Below are positions 1 to 9,976 of a DNA stretch of 64,000 bases, piece after piece. Position 1 is the stretch's first letter. The number at the start of each line of letters is the position of its first letter. This stretch comes from an uncultured Verrucomicrobiae bacterium. GTDB lineage: Bacteria; Verrucomicrobiota; Verrucomicrobiia; Opitutales; JABDGR01. Made by a program: the position numbers and the translations under genes. The DNA lies in the NCBI GenBank assembly GCA_963765205.1, contig CAVXVB010000007.1, positions 128,001-192,000 on the forward strand, written 5' to 3'. The notes beneath the pieces were generated by a model. The model searched no databases. It worked only from the letters and a program-made list of their open reading frames with translations, and was not told the DNA's origin.

Positions 1-1542
1 TTCGAGGAGACCGAAGTGGAGATGAAGGCCAATGTCGCCTCGCTCGGTTTTGATCTGGCGGGCTTGGTCCGGCGCAAAAAAATTTTGGTGGACTATGTGC
101 ATATCGAGCGCAGCGAAGTCCAGGAAAGCGGCGAGTATGACCTCGAGGGATTGTTCGTCCGGCTCAATCACGCGATTAATTCCATTGGCGCCAAGCGCGT
201 GGTGCTGGACACGCTCGAGGCCTTGTTTGCCAGCCTGCACAACGAAGCCATCCTGCGCGCGGAGTTGCGCCGGCTCTTCCGCTGGCTCAAGGACAAGGGC
301 GTGACCGCCGTCATCACCGCCGAGCGCGGGCGCGAGCAATTTACCCGCCACGGGCTGGAGGAATACGTGTCCGACTGCGTCATCCTGCTCGACCACCGCG
401 TCAATGACCAGATTGCCACGCGGCACCTGCGCGTGGTCAAGTATCGCGGCGCGCTGCACGGCACCAACGAATTTCCCTTCCTCATCGGCGAGACGGGCAT
501 CAGCGTGCTGCCCATCACGTCGCTGGGTCTGAACCACAAAATCTCGAGCGAGCGGATTGGCACCGGCATCCCCCGGCTGGACGCCATGCTGGGCGGGAAA
601 GGGTTTTTTCGCGGCAGCAGCATTTTGCTGACGGGCACGCCCGGCACGGGCAAGACCATTGTCGCCGCCAACTTTGCGCAAGCCGCCGCCCGGCGCGGGG
701 AACGCGTGCTCTTCTTCTCCTTCGAGGAATCGCCCAATCAAATCATCCGCAACCTGCATTCCATTGGGTTGCGCCTGGAGCCGCTGGTCAAGAAAGACTT
801 GCTGCGTTTCCACTCGGCGCGGCCTTCGCTTTACGGCTTGGAAATGCACCTGGCGACGATGTTTAAGGAAATCGACGCGTTTCAACCCGCCGTCGTCGTC
901 ATAGACCCGATTACCAGCCTGATGGACGCCGGCACCGACTCCGAAAGCAAGGGCATGGTGACCCGGCTGATTGATTATCTCAAGGGCAGCCAAGTCACTT
1001 CGCTGTTCACGAGTTTGACCCAAGGCGGCCACGCGCTGCAACAAAGCGAAATGGCCATGTCCTCGCTGATGGACTCCTGGCTGTTGTTGCAGGACTTTGA
1101 AGGCAACGGCGAACGCAACCGCGTGCTCTACGTGCTCAAGGCGCGCGGCATGGCCCACTCAAACCAAATCCGCGAGTTCCTGATTTCCAACCGGGGCATT
1201 GACCTCGTGGACGCCTATATCGGCCCCAGTGGCGTGTTGACCGGCTCCGCCCGCGTGGCCCAAAGCGCCCTCGAAAAAGCCGGCATTCTCGCCAGCCACC
1301 AGGAAGCCGCCCGCCGCAAGCGCGAACTCGAGCACAAACGCGAGGCGCTCGAACGGCAAATCAGCGGCTTGCGCTCCGAGCACGAAGCCAGCGCCGACGA
1401 ACTGCGGCAAATTGACGAGCAGGTTGGCACGCAAACGCGTTTGCTGAAGACCGAGCGGACGGAGTTGGGGCGCTTGCGCCAGGCGGATGTCGCGGTCGCG
1501 GGCAGCGCGGTTGGCAAACACCGCAATGGGAGGCGAAACTAA
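1..1542 (+). CDS. kaiC: Circadian clock ATPase/kinase KaiC (KaiC2-like, 5' truncated by window edge)
   Basis: Frame open from base 1 (FEETEVEM...). Tandem RecA-like domains, CII Walker [14 protein letters not shown], phosphosite-equivalent [14 protein letters not shown] followed by a coiled-coil tail. Confidence 0.95.
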   Translation, partial: FEETEVEMKANVASLGFDLAGLVRRKKILVDYVHIERSEVQESGEYDLEGLFVRLNHAINSIGAKRVVLDTLEALFASLHNEAILRAELRRLFRWLKDKGVTAVITAERGREQFTRHGLEEYVSDCVILLDHRVNDQIATRHLRVVKYRGALHGTNEFPFLIGETGISVLPITSLGLNHKISSERIGTGIPRLDAMLGGKGFFRGSSILLTGTPGTGKTIVAANFAQAAARRGERVLFFSFEESPNQIIRNLHSIGLRLEPLVKKDLLRFHSARPSLYGLEMHLATMFKEIDAFQPAVVVIDPITSLMDAGTDSESKGMVTRLIDYLKGSQVTSLFTSLTQGGHALQQSEMAMSSLMDSWLLLQDFEGNGERNRVLYVLKARGMAHSNQIREFLISNRGIDLVDAYIGPSGVLTGSARVAQSALEKAGILASHQEAARRKRELEHKREALERQISGLRSEHEASADELRQIDEQVGTQTRLLKTERTELGRLRQADVAVAGSAVGKHRNGRRN

Positions 1543-1871
1543 TGAAAGCCAAAACAATAAAACGACCCGCCGCCGGCTCCCCTCGCCCGCGTGCCAAATT
1601 CTGGCAACTGCGTCTTTATGTGATGGACCAGACGCCCAAATCCGTGACGGCCTTTTCCAACCTCAAGAAAATTTGCGAAAGCCACCTCAAAGGCCGCTAT
1701 CGCATCACCGTGATTGATTTGCAGAAGCACCCCCATCTGGCCAAAGGCGACCAAATCCTGGCCGTGCCCACGGTCGTGCGCAAGTTGCCGATCCCCGTGC
1801 GCATCCTCATCGGCAACCTTTCCGAAACCGACCGCCTGCTGGTCGGCCTGGATTTGCGGCTGGCGGATTAA
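1542..1871 (+). CDS. kaiB: KaiB family protein
   Basis: LRLYV..TPKS..A..NL..ICE..L.GRY.I.VIDL...[17 protein letters not shown] motif; overlaps the kaiC stop (TAATG). Confidence 0.95.
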   Translation: MKAKTIKRPAAGSPRPRAKFWQLRLYVMDQTPKSVTAFSNLKKICESHLKGRYRITVIDLQKHPHLAKGDQILAVPTVVRKLPIPVRILIGNLSETDRLLVGLDLRLAD

Positions 1872-1886
1872 CCGAGACGAACGCGC

Positions 1887-2234
1887 GTGAAAAACAGCAA
1901 AACCAGAAACCCGGCGGCGGCGAAGGCCCGGCCCCCCCGGCCCGAGGGCCAATACGTTTTGCGGCTCTTCGTGGCGGGGGCCACGACCCGCTCGCGTGAA
2001 GCGGTCCTGCGCGTCCGGCAATTATGCGCCGTCGAATTGCAGGGCAACTGCCAACTCGAAGTGATTGACATCTATCAACAGCCCGAGCTGGCGCGCGCCA
2101 ACCAGATCGTCGCGACCCCGACGCTGATCAAGGAATTTCCCCGGCCGATCCGCCGGTTCATCGGCAACCTGCTCAACCTCACCGGCCTGCTGGTCGAGAT
2201 GGATTTGAACTCCGCAGCTAAAAGCACCGTTTGA
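1887..2234 (+). CDS. kaiB: Second KaiB-like thioredoxin-fold protein
   Basis: YVLRLFVAGAT.RS...LEVIDIYQQPELA...QIVATPTLIK..P.P.RRFIG.L. Confidence 0.9.
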   Translation: MKNSKTRNPAAAKARPPRPEGQYVLRLFVAGATTRSREAVLRVRQLCAVELQGNCQLEVIDIYQQPELARANQIVATPTLIKEFPRPIRRFIGNLLNLTGLLVEMDLNSAAKSTV

Positions 2235-3493
2235 AAGCCCGCCGCCATAAGGGTTCAGCCCACCCCAAGCCGTCCCGCGAACTCGCGGAACTGCGGCTCC
2301 GCCTGGCCGACGCGGAGGAAACCCTCCGCGCCATTCGCACCGGCGAGGTGGACACGGTGCTGGTCGCGGGGAGGCAAGGCCCGCAAGTGTTCACGCTGCA
2401 AGGCGCCGAGCACGCCTACCGGATGCTCATCGAATCCATGAACGAAGGGGCGCTGACGCTGACGGCGGACAAGACGATTCTTTACGCCAACCAGTGTTTC
2501 GCCCGCATGGTTCAATGTCCGCTCGAGCAAGTGATGGGCAGTTCCTTTCGCCGTTTCCTCTCGGCGGAGGATTTGGCCGCCTTCCGGCCCCTGCTGAAAC
2601 GGGCCGGTCAATCCGGCGCAAAAATCCAGGTGCGATTGAAAGTTGCCGACGGCTCGCAAATGTCGGCGCAAATCTCCATTCGCCGGCTGCGCAAAAATGG
2701 CTATACGCGTGCCCCCGTCGGCCTCGTGGTGACGGATCTGACGGAGGCCCGGCGCACTGAGGAACTCCTGCGGGCGTTGACCCACCGCGTGGTGCAAGTG
2801 CAGGAGGCCGAGCGCGGGCGCGTGGCCCTTGAACTGCACGACAACATCACCCAACTGCTGTGCGCCATTCTCTTTCGCAGCCAGGCGCTGGCGGACAGTC
2901 TGTCCGTGCGCGAAGGGCCGGCGAAGCAGGAGGCGATGATCCTGCGCGAGCTGCTCGGCCAGACGGCCGCGGAAGTCGAGCGCATCTCGCGCAATCTGCG
3001 GCCCGGGGTTCTGGATCAACTGGGTCTGGCCGCCGTTTTGGGCGCCACCAGCACGGAATTTGCGGCGCGGACGGGGGTGTTGGTCAAGCTGGCCTGTGTG
3101 GAACTGACCGCGCGGTTGCCGGTCGACACCGAGTTGGCGCTCTACCGCATCCTCCAGGAAGCCTTGAACAACGTGGAGCAGCACGCCAGCGCCCGCCACG
3201 TCGAGGTACACCTGACCAAGCTGGGCGATCTCGTGCAGTTGGTGATCCAGGATGATGGGGACGGCTTTGATTCGGATGACCACCCGGCCCGACGGAAAGG
3301 CAAGGGCGACCTCGGCCTGCTCAGCATGCGCGAGCGCGCGACCTACGTGGGGGGCGCGCTCACGGTCAAATCCGGCCGCCGCCATGTCGGCACGGAAATC
3401 AAGGTGCGCATTCCGCTGCCGCCCACGGTGGTGGCGGTCGGGGCGCGCAGCCCGGCGCGGGGCCGCTTCAAGCAGGAGAACAAGAAAAAATGA
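2231..3493 (+). CDS. PAS-domain sensor histidine kinase (HisKA_3/NarX-UhpB type)
   Basis: PAS (LIESMNEG...YANQ), H-box ERGRVALELHD, N-box QEALNNVEQH, DDGDGF, GLLSMRER; overlaps both neighbouring genes. Confidence 0.9.
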   Translation: MKARRHKGSAHPKPSRELAELRLRLADAEETLRAIRTGEVDTVLVAGRQGPQVFTLQGAEHAYRMLIESMNEGALTLTADKTILYANQCFARMVQCPLEQVMGSSFRRFLSAEDLAAFRPLLKRAGQSGAKIQVRLKVADGSQMSAQISIRRLRKNGYTRAPVGLVVTDLTEARRTEELLRALTHRVVQVQEAERGRVALELHDNITQLLCAILFRSQALADSLSVREGPAKQEAMILRELLGQTAAEVERISRNLRPGVLDQLGLAAVLGATSTEFAARTGVLVKLACVELTARLPVDTELALYRILQEALNNVEQHASARHVEVHLTKLGDLVQLVIQDDGDGFDSDDHPARRKGKGDLGLLSMRERATYVGGALTVKSGRRHVGTEIKVRIPLPPTVVAVGARSPARGRFKQENKKK

Positions 3494-4176
3494 GCGTGGC
3501 GAAACAGATCACCGTCCTCCTGGCCGAAGATCACATCGTCGTCCGGCAGGGATTGTGCGCGCTGCTAAAGCTGGACGGGGATTTTAAAATTGTGGGCGAG
3601 GCGCGAACGGGCCGCGAAGCGGTGCAACTGGCGCAGGCCCTGCGGCCGGATGTCATCCTGATGGACATTGCCATGGCGCTGCTCAATGGCCTGGAGGCGA
3701 CGCGGCAAATTCTCGCCGCCCAGCCGGCCGCGCGGGTGCTCATTTTGTCGGCGCACAGCGACGATGCGTATGTCGAGCGCATGAACGCGGTCGGCGCGGC
3801 CGGGTTCCTGGAAAAACAGTCGTCGGGCAAAATTCTGGCCCAGGCGGTCCACGCCGTCGCGCAAGGCAAAGCCTTTTTCAGCCCCGCCATCGCCCGGCGC
3901 CTGCGGCATAACCAAAACCAACCGGGTGGCCGGGCCGGCCTGCGCAAGGCCAAGGGCGCCCTGCTGACGTCCCGCGAAGCCGAGGTGCTGCAACTGGTGG
4001 CCGAGGGCGCGGCCAACAAACAAGTCGCGGCGGAACTTGGCCTCAGCATCAAGACGGTTGAGAAGCACCGGCAGAGCCTCATGAGCAGGCTCAACCTCCA
4101 TGACACCGCCGGCCTGACCCGCTATGCGATCGCCACCGGCGTCATCGAGTGCAGTGTGCAATTGACCATTGTGTAG
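3490..4176 (+). CDS. NarL/LuxR family response regulator
   Basis: Receiver domain (AEDH...PDVILMD) plus LuxR HTH LTSREAEVLQLVAEG..NKQVA.EL.LS.KTVEKHR. Confidence 0.95.
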   Translation: MSVAKQITVLLAEDHIVVRQGLCALLKLDGDFKIVGEARTGREAVQLAQALRPDVILMDIAMALLNGLEATRQILAAQPAARVLILSAHSDDAYVERMNAVGAAGFLEKQSSGKILAQAVHAVAQGKAFFSPAIARRLRHNQNQPGGRAGLRKAKGALLTSREAEVLQLVAEGAANKQVAAELGLSIKTVEKHRQSLMSRLNLHDTAGLTRYAIATGVIECSVQLTIV

Positions 4177-4502
4177 CCGCCGGCGGTGGTGGGTCGTTTT
4201 GCAGGGCGGCGTGGGGAATCAGGGACAAAACACGGGGGTAAATCAACGGGGATTTCATGGGGGCAACGCGGGGGGTGGGGAAGGGTAATTGTAGTGTGCG
4301 AGCGTCGCCCGGCAAGCCCGCAGTGGGGGGGTGGAAAAAAGTACTAATTTGCAGGCGCTAATTCTACGGTTGGATTTTCGCTGATCTCCAGACAGGACAA
4401 TTTCGTCAGCTTTTCCCATTGAATCAGGTTATTGCCGTCGCAAAACTGTTCCCGGAATGAGTTCGTGAAGCTAGGGGAGGAAGAGCATGGGACGGAAGGA
4501 GC

Positions 4503-4598
4503 AGAGGGACAAAGGGACAAAGGGACAAAGGGACAAAGGGACAAAGGGACAAAGGGACAAAGGGACAAAGGGACAAAGGGACAAAGGGACAAAGGGAC
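4503..4598 (+). repeat. 8-bp tandem repeat, AGAGGGAC then (AAAGGGAC)x11
   Basis: Counted directly in the sequence. Confidence 0.97.
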
Positions 4599-4625
4599 AA
4601 AGGCGACTGAGGATGGGAAAGGGGT

Positions 4626-4770
4626 GGGGAATTTGATTTTTGCGAGCCTTAACCGAACCGAGCTGCCCGCGAGTTGTTATGAATATTCAGCAATCAGCAT
4701 TCAGAACTCAGCAATTAGTCTTGGCCCATCAGTCGCCTCAGTGCCCTTAGTCGCTTCAGTCGCCTCGGCC
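4626..4770 (+). repeat. Dispersed repeat copy 1 containing GAATATTCAGCAATCAGCATTCAGAACTCAGCAAT
   Basis: 35-mer at 4681-4715 is identical to 6423-6457; its first 21 nt occur inverted at 31945-31965. Confidence 0.9.
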
Positions 4771-4773
4771 GCT

Positions 4774-5178
4774 TCATCCCATAATGTGCAATTCCCGCTC
4801 CAATTGTTCGCGCATTTCCGCGGGCAGGCCGGGATTTTGCACCAGAACCTGGAGTGCTTTTTCCGCCGCGACGTGACGCGCGCTGAGTTGCTCTTCATAT
4901 TCACGGGTATCGTGTTCCAACTTCTTCAAGCCCTGGGCGCTTTGCGCGAGTTTGGAGATGGCACCGGCCACGGTGTTCAGGTCGGTGAGTTTCGGTTTTT
5001 TGCCTTTCCAGCGGGTCAAAAGGTCGAAAAGGAATTGCCAGGTCATGGTCAGCGCCTCGCTGGCGTATTCGTGGCCGGGGCCCAGCAAGCGAACCGCTTC
5101 GTCGGTCTGGCAGCGGGCATTGCGCAAGTGGTCCGGATGCTCGGCGAACGGCGCGGGGGTGGCGGTTTTTTTTGCTAT
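4774..5178 (-). CDS. Hypothetical protein resembling the C-terminal part of Mu-like phage gp27/DUF3486; start codon damaged or uncertain
   Basis: Helical pattern AGAISKLAQSA...NPGLPAEMREQLERELHIM; frame open up to the preceding gene's stop, with no ATG there; follows a gp26-like gene. Confidence 0.45.
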   Translation of the reverse strand: MAKKTATPAPFAEHPDHLRNARCQTDEAVRLLGPGHEYASEALTMTWQFLFDLLTRWKGKKPKLTDLNTVAGAISKLAQSAQGLKKLEHDTREYEEQLSARHVAAEKALQVLVQNPGLPAEMREQLERELHIMG

Positions 5179-5179
5179 G

Positions 5180-5448
5180 TTAAATCAAGTGTTCGGCTTC
5201 AAGATAATCGCGGCCGGCGGCGGTGAGGCGGGCGCGGGGGAGGCCGCGGGAGAGGGCGGCGGGGACGATTTCCAGGAGATTTTTTCCGGCGAGGTAGTCC
5301 AGCTCGGCGGCGAGGGCGTCCTCCGCGAGGCGAAAGCCGGCGAGGAGGACGCCGTGGCGGAGGGTGGCGGGGGCAGGGAAGCGGGCGCGGCGGCGGCGAG
5401 CTGGCGCAGGAGGGCGTGGCGCAGGAGCAGGTGTTGTTCGGGGGACAT
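5180..5448 (-). pseudogene. Mu gp26-like winged-helix small protein with a one-base frameshift
   Basis: Adding one base to the G5 run at 5369-5373 gives MSPEQHLLLRHALLRQL...ELDYLAGKNLL...ARLTAAGRDYLEAEHLI*. May be an intact gene with a sequencing indel. Confidence 0.55.
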
Positions 5449-5530
5449 GGGAGGGGGAAGTGTTTTGGTTTTCTGGTGCTTGGTTGCTTGGTTCTTGGTT
5501 TTGGAGATGGTTTCTTCAAATGGGCTTAAT

Positions 5531-5604
5531 CCGGAGCGCGGTGCTTCAGCCCGCGCTCTACATCGTTGTTGGTTAGAAGCGCGGGCCAAAGCACCGCGCT
5601 CCGG
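5531..5604. repeat. REP-like palindromic pair (GAGCGCGGTGCTTCAGCCCGCGC ... GCGCGGGCCAAAGCACCGCGCTC)
   Basis: Inverted arms; same family at 8978-10035 (split by an IS) and 14421-14498. Confidence 0.85.
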
Positions 5605-5665
5605 AAGGCTGGATGAATGGATTCATGAGGTGTCAAGAGAGGTTTTCGTGTCGGTAATACGTCGC

Positions 5666-6106
5666 TCAGCCTTCCGCGTTCCGGGCGCCGCGCTCGATGA
5701 GGCGGTCGAGTTTGGCGTCGAGGTGGTGGAGGCGCTGGGTGAGGAGTTCGGCTTCTTTTTGCAGGGCGGCGACGCCGCGTTCGAGGGCGCGGATGCTTTC
5801 GTAAACTTTTTCGCGGGAGGTGGCGGAGGCGCGGTGGTTGTCCTCGGCCTTGCGCTCGAAGTCGGCGACGAGGCCGTCGAGGCGGGCGTCGAGGTCGGCG
5901 AGGTTTTCGCGGGAGGCATATTCCTTGTGGAGGGGCGGGACCGGGTCGGGCTGGCGCAGGTGGCCCTTCCACAGGTCGAGCGCGTGCTTGAGCGCGACCA
6001 GGATGGCGGCGGTGATGACAAAGTATTGGTAGTATTCGGTCGCGCCGGGGTCGCCGGCGGCCGGGAGGGCGGAGGGATTCTTGCGGGAAATGGGCGAGTT
6101 TACCAC
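5666..6106 (-). CDS. Hypothetical single-TM coiled-coil protein (Mu gp25/DUF2730-like)
   Basis: Hydrophobic segment YFVITAAILVAL followed by a heptad region ending LDAKLDRLIER; first gene of the trio. Confidence 0.55.
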   Translation of the reverse strand: MVNSPISRKNPSALPAAGDPGATEYYQYFVITAAILVALKHALDLWKGHLRQPDPVPPLHKEYASRENLADLDARLDGLVADFERKAEDNHRASATSREKVYESIRALERGVAALQKEAELLTQRLHHLDAKLDRLIERGARNAEG

Positions 6107-6172
6107 AGGTTGCGTCTTTTGGGAAATGATGCGTTGGTTGCGTTGGATAGGTTTGATTAAAGTTTCGAGTGT

Positions 6173-6356
6173 AGAGGGACAGAGGGACAGAGGGACAGAG
6201 GGACAGAGGGACAGAGGGACAGAGGGACAGAGGGACAGAGGGACAGAGGGACAGAGGGACAGAGGGACAGAGGGACAGAGGGACAGAGGGACAGAGGGAC
6301 AGAGGGACAGAGGGACAGAGGGACAGAGGGACAGAGGGACAGAGGGACAGAGGGAC
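6173..6356 (+). repeat. Perfect 8-bp tandem repeat (AGAGGGAC)x23
   Basis: 184 nt = 23 units, counted directly. Confidence 0.97.
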
Positions 6357-6367
6357 GGTGCCGGCGA

Positions 6368-6503
6368 GGGGGAATTTTACTTTTGTCCAGCTTTAAGGGG
6401 GCCGGGTCGCAACAGAGTTTTTGAATATTCAGCAATCAGCATTCAGAACTCAGCAATCCGCCTTGGCCCCTCAGTGCCTTTGTGCCTCTGCCCCTTTGTC
6501 CCT
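6368..6503 (+). repeat. Dispersed repeat copy 2 plus a short arm complementary to the 8-mer array
   Basis: Identical 35-mer at 6423-6457, followed by GTGCCTTTGTGCCTCTGCCCCTTTGTCCC. Confidence 0.85.
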
Positions 6504-6588
6504 TCGGGCTTTCTTTTTGCATTGCCCGCCGGGCGCGGGGCGTGCATGGTTCTTGCTCCACGGATTCCGCCAACCCATCCCTGCCCTC

Positions 6589-7707
6589 GTGAGCACCAAA
6601 ACCGCCACCCGCGCCCCGGCGTCAAAGCCTGAATTGGAACCGCGTGCCATGGCCGCCCTGGCCAAAGACCCGGTCAACGCCGTGTTGACCGCGGCGGACA
6701 AGCTGCGCCTTTACCGCGACATGATCCGCATCCGGCGTTTTGAGGAGCGGTGCGTGCCGGTTTACCAAAAGGGCAAAATTGGCGGCTTCCTGCACTTATA
6801 TATAGGCCAGGAGGCGGTGGCTGTCGGCGCGGTTTCGCTGTTGGGCGAACACGACCACATCATCACGGCTTACCGCGACCACGGGCACGCGCTCGCCGTC
6901 GGCATGAGCATGAACGAGTGCATGGCGGAGTTGACGGGCAAGGTCACGGGCTGCTCGAAGGGCAAGGGCGGCTCGATGCACTTTTTCGCTCCGGACAAGA
7001 AATACTGGGGCGGGCACGGCATCGTCGGCGGCCAGGTTCCGCTCGGGACGGGGCTGGCCTACGCGCTGAAATACAAGGGCGTCAAGGGCTGCTGCCTCAC
7101 CTTCATGGGCGACGGGGCGGTGAACCAGGGCGCGGTGCATGAGGCGTATAATTTGGCGGCGCTGTGGAGTTTGCCGGTGGTGTTCATCATCGAGAACAAC
7201 AAATACTCGATGGGCACGAGTCAGGAACGTTCCAGCGCGGGCGAGCCGCTGGCCAAGCGCGCCGAGGGCTACGACATGGCGTGGGAATTGTGCAACGGCA
7301 ACATCCTTTACGAGGTCCGCCAGAAAACCGCCGAGGCGATCAAGCGCGCGCACGAGGAATCCAAGCCGACCATTTTGGAAATTTACACCTACCGCTATCG
7401 CGGCCACTCCGTGGCCGACCCGGACAATACTTACCGCGCCAAGCAGGAAATCTCCGATTACCGCGAAAACAAGGACCCGATCACGTTGTTTCAAAAATGC
7501 CTTCAGTTCGAAGACGTGCTCGATGACGCCGCGATCGCGAAAATTGACGAGGAGGCCCGCGCCGAAGCCGAGGCCTCCGCCAAATTCGCCGACGACTCGC
7601 CCTTCCCCCAGCCGGAATCCATCATGCAGGATATCTATTGGGAAGAGGACAACCGCACGGAGAAAACAAACTCCAAGGGGCGGATTAGTTTTCAGGATTT
7701 GGAGTAA
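6589..7707 (+). CDS. pdhA: Pyruvate dehydrogenase E1 alpha subunit
   Basis: GKIGGFLHLYIGQEA, TPP motif GDGA..QG...E..N, YRYRGHS; GTG start at 6589 is inferred. Confidence 0.95.
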   Translation: MSTKTATRAPASKPELEPRAMAALAKDPVNAVLTAADKLRLYRDMIRIRRFEERCVPVYQKGKIGGFLHLYIGQEAVAVGAVSLLGEHDHIITAYRDHGHALAVGMSMNECMAELTGKVTGCSKGKGGSMHFFAPDKKYWGGHGIVGGQVPLGTGLAYALKYKGVKGCCLTFMGDGAVNQGAVHEAYNLAALWSLPVVFIIENNKYSMGTSQERSSAGEPLAKRAEGYDMAWELCNGNILYEVRQKTAEAIKRAHEESKPTILEIYTYRYRGHSVADPDNTYRAKQEISDYRENKDPITLFQKCLQFEDVLDDAAIAKIDEEARAEAEASAKFADDSPFPQPESIMQDIYWEEDNRTEKTNSKGRISFQDLE

Positions 7708-7716
7708 ACCCGATTT

Positions 7717-7799
7717 TTCACCGCGAAGACGCAAAGGACGCAAAGAAAATTTTCCCACCAAGAACAACCCCTTCGCGCGCTTTGCGCCTTGGCGGTGAA
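7717..7799. repeat. Inverted tandem-arm element (CGCAAAG type), 83 bp
   Basis: TTCACCGCGAAGACGCAAAGGACGCAAAG ... CTTCGCGCGCTTTGCGCCTTGGCGGTGAA; same arm type and length as 42171-42253. Confidence 0.85.
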
Positions 7800-7815
7800 T
7801 TCCCAAACTTCTCCC

Positions 7816-8790
7816 ATGCCTGTCATCACCTACCGCGAAGCGTTGCGCCATGCCATGGCCGAGGAACTGGACCGTGATCCGAACGTCGTGATCATGGGCG
7901 AGGAGGTCGCGCAGTTCAACGGCGCCTACAAAGTCACCGAGGGCCTGCTCGAAAAATACGGGCCGAAGCGGATTGTGGACACGCCGATCAGCGAGGCGGG
8001 CTTCATCGGCCTGGGCATCGGGGCCTCGATGCTGGGCATCCGGCCGGTGATGGAATTGATGTTTTGGTCGTTCAGCTACGTCGCCTTCGACCAGGCGTTC
8101 AACAACGCGGCGAGCATCCGCTACATGTCGGGCGGGTTGATCAACCTGCCCATCGTCATCCGCGGGCCGGCCAACGGCGGCACCAACGTCGGCGCGACGC
8201 ACTCGCACACGCCGGAGAATTTCATCGCCAACACGCCGGGCCTCAAGGTCGTCTGCCCCACGACGCCCTATGACGCCAAGGGGCTGCTCAAGGCCGCCAT
8301 CCGCGACAACGACCCGGTTTATGTGATGGAAAATACGATTTTGTATAATGACAAGGGCGAGGTGCCCGACGAGGACTACGTGATTCCGCTAGGCGTGGCC
8401 GACGTGAAGCGCGCGGGGACGGACCTGACCATCATCGCGCATGGGCGCGCGGTGCTTACCGCGTTGAAGGCGGCGGAAATTTTGCAGGCCGAGCACGATG
8501 TGTCCGCTGAGGTGGTGGACCTGCGCTCGATCCGCCCGCTGGACACGGAGACGATCCTGCAATCCGTGCGCAAGACGCACCGGGTGCTGCTGGTCGAAGA
8601 AAACAAGCCTTTCTGCGGAGTCGGCGCGCAAATCTCGCACTTGATTCAATCGGAGGCGTTTGACGACCTTGATGCGCCGGTGAAGCGCGTCTCGGCGCTG
8701 GACGCTCCGCAAATTTATTCGATGCCGCTGGAAAAATTCCAAATTCCCGACCCGCAGCGGGTGGTGCGCGCGGCGTTGAGCGTGGGATAA
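7816..8790 (+). CDS. pdhB: Pyruvate dehydrogenase E1 beta subunit
   Basis: ITYREAL..AM.EE, GEEVAQFNGAYKVT.GL, DTPISE, DLRSIRPLD. Confidence 0.95.
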   Translation: MPVITYREALRHAMAEELDRDPNVVIMGEEVAQFNGAYKVTEGLLEKYGPKRIVDTPISEAGFIGLGIGASMLGIRPVMELMFWSFSYVAFDQAFNNAASIRYMSGGLINLPIVIRGPANGGTNVGATHSHTPENFIANTPGLKVVCPTTPYDAKGLLKAAIRDNDPVYVMENTILYNDKGEVPDEDYVIPLGVADVKRAGTDLTIIAHGRAVLTALKAAEILQAEHDVSAEVVDLRSIRPLDTETILQSVRKTHRVLLVEENKPFCGVGAQISHLIQSEAFDDLDAPVKRVSALDAPQIYSMPLEKFQIPDPQRVVRAALSVG

Positions 8791-8792
8791 AG

Positions 8793-8937
8793 AAGGCTAA
8801 GGCATTCAACGCTCAACGTTTAACGTTCAACATTCAACGCTCAATTAAGAAAGCCCTTTCGGCGGGTTCACTGGGCGAAAATCCTTCTGGACTTCAAACT
8901 TGAGCGTTGAGCGTTAAACGTTAAATGTTGAGCCTTC
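8793..8937. repeat. Inverted tandem-arm element (AACGCTC/AACGTTC heptamer type)
   Basis: Left arm of AAC(G/A)(C/T)T(C/T) heptamers; right arm TTGAGCGTTGAGCGTTAAACGTTAAATGTTGAGC. Confidence 0.85.
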
Positions 8938-8993
8938 GGTTCGGATATAAAATGCAGAGATCCATGCAACCCATCTTCCGTAGCGCGGTGCTT

Positions 8994-9976
8994 TAGAGCA
9001 TTTTCAAAAATAGTGTAGCCATTTGGCAGGGAAGCTGCTACAGTTTGGGAGATGAAAACCACCTCGTTGGATTTGCGGGAACGCATCCTCGCCGCGTATG
9101 ACGCGGACGAAGGCCCGCGGGCGGAGGTCGCTTGGCGGTTTCGGGTGTCGCTGGGCTTGGTCAAGAAGCTGTTGCAGCAACGTCGGCGCAGGGGGGCGAC
9201 GGCCCCCAGCACCACCGCAGCGGGCGCAAGCCGCGCCTGCGCGAACAACACCGTCAGCGCCTGCGGCGGTTGGTCGCCGAGAAGCCTGACCGCACCTTGC
9301 GCGAATTGCGGGAGGCGTTGGGCCTGGACTGCGCGCTGCCAACGATCCATTACGCCCTGGCCGCGCTGGGCCTGACCTATAAAAAAAACGCTGCGCGCCG
9401 CCGAGCAAGAGCGGCCCGACCTCGCGCGGTTGCGGCGACGGTGGGTGCGGCGCCAACGCGGCTGGGATCCCGCGCGGCTGGTCTTCCTTGATGAATCGGC
9501 CGCCAAGACGAACATGACACGTTTGCACGGACGGGCTCCGCGCGGCCAGCGGTTGCGGGCGAAGTGCCCGCACGGACACTGGCGCACCACCACGATGCTC
9601 TCCTCCATCCGGCTGGACGGTTCGACCGCCTGCCTGACCATCGAGGCGGCCACCGACACCGACGTTTTGCGAAATCCTCGCCCCCGCGCTGCGTCCCGGC
9701 GACGTGGTGGTCCTGGACAACCTCAGCCCGCACAAAAACGACCACACCCTCGCGCTGATCCGCGCTGCCGGCGCGAGCGTCGAGTTCCTGCCCGCCTACT
9801 CGCCCGACTTTAACCCCATCGAACGGATGGGGAGCAAAGTCAAGGCCAGCCTGCGCGCCGCCGCGGCCCGCACCGCGGCTGACTTGTTCGCCGCCATCGG
9901 ACGGGCCCTGCGCCAAGTCACCGCCGCCGCCCATTGGTTTGCCCACTGCGGCTACAGTTTTGTCTAAAATGCTCTA
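8994..9976 (+). mobile_element. IS630-family insertion sequence, transposase with multiple frameshifts
   Basis: Ends TAGAGCATTTT...AAAATGCTCTA with TA duplication; motifs SLDLRERI, YKK A-run, VFLDES, DNL..HK, FLPAYSPDFNPIE. Confidence 0.95.

Noticed and set aside
4774..6106. Intact prophage
   Set aside because: No terminase large subunit, portal, capsid, transposase or integrase nearby.
4952..6160. 402-aa plus-strand ORF; also 4432-5226, 6081-6632 and repeat-derived peptides
   Set aside because: Antisense to the three minus-strand genes or simple translation of tandem repeats.
6173..6356. Possible CRISPR array (also 4503-4598)
   Set aside because: Head-to-tail 8-mers with no unique spacers and no cas genes.
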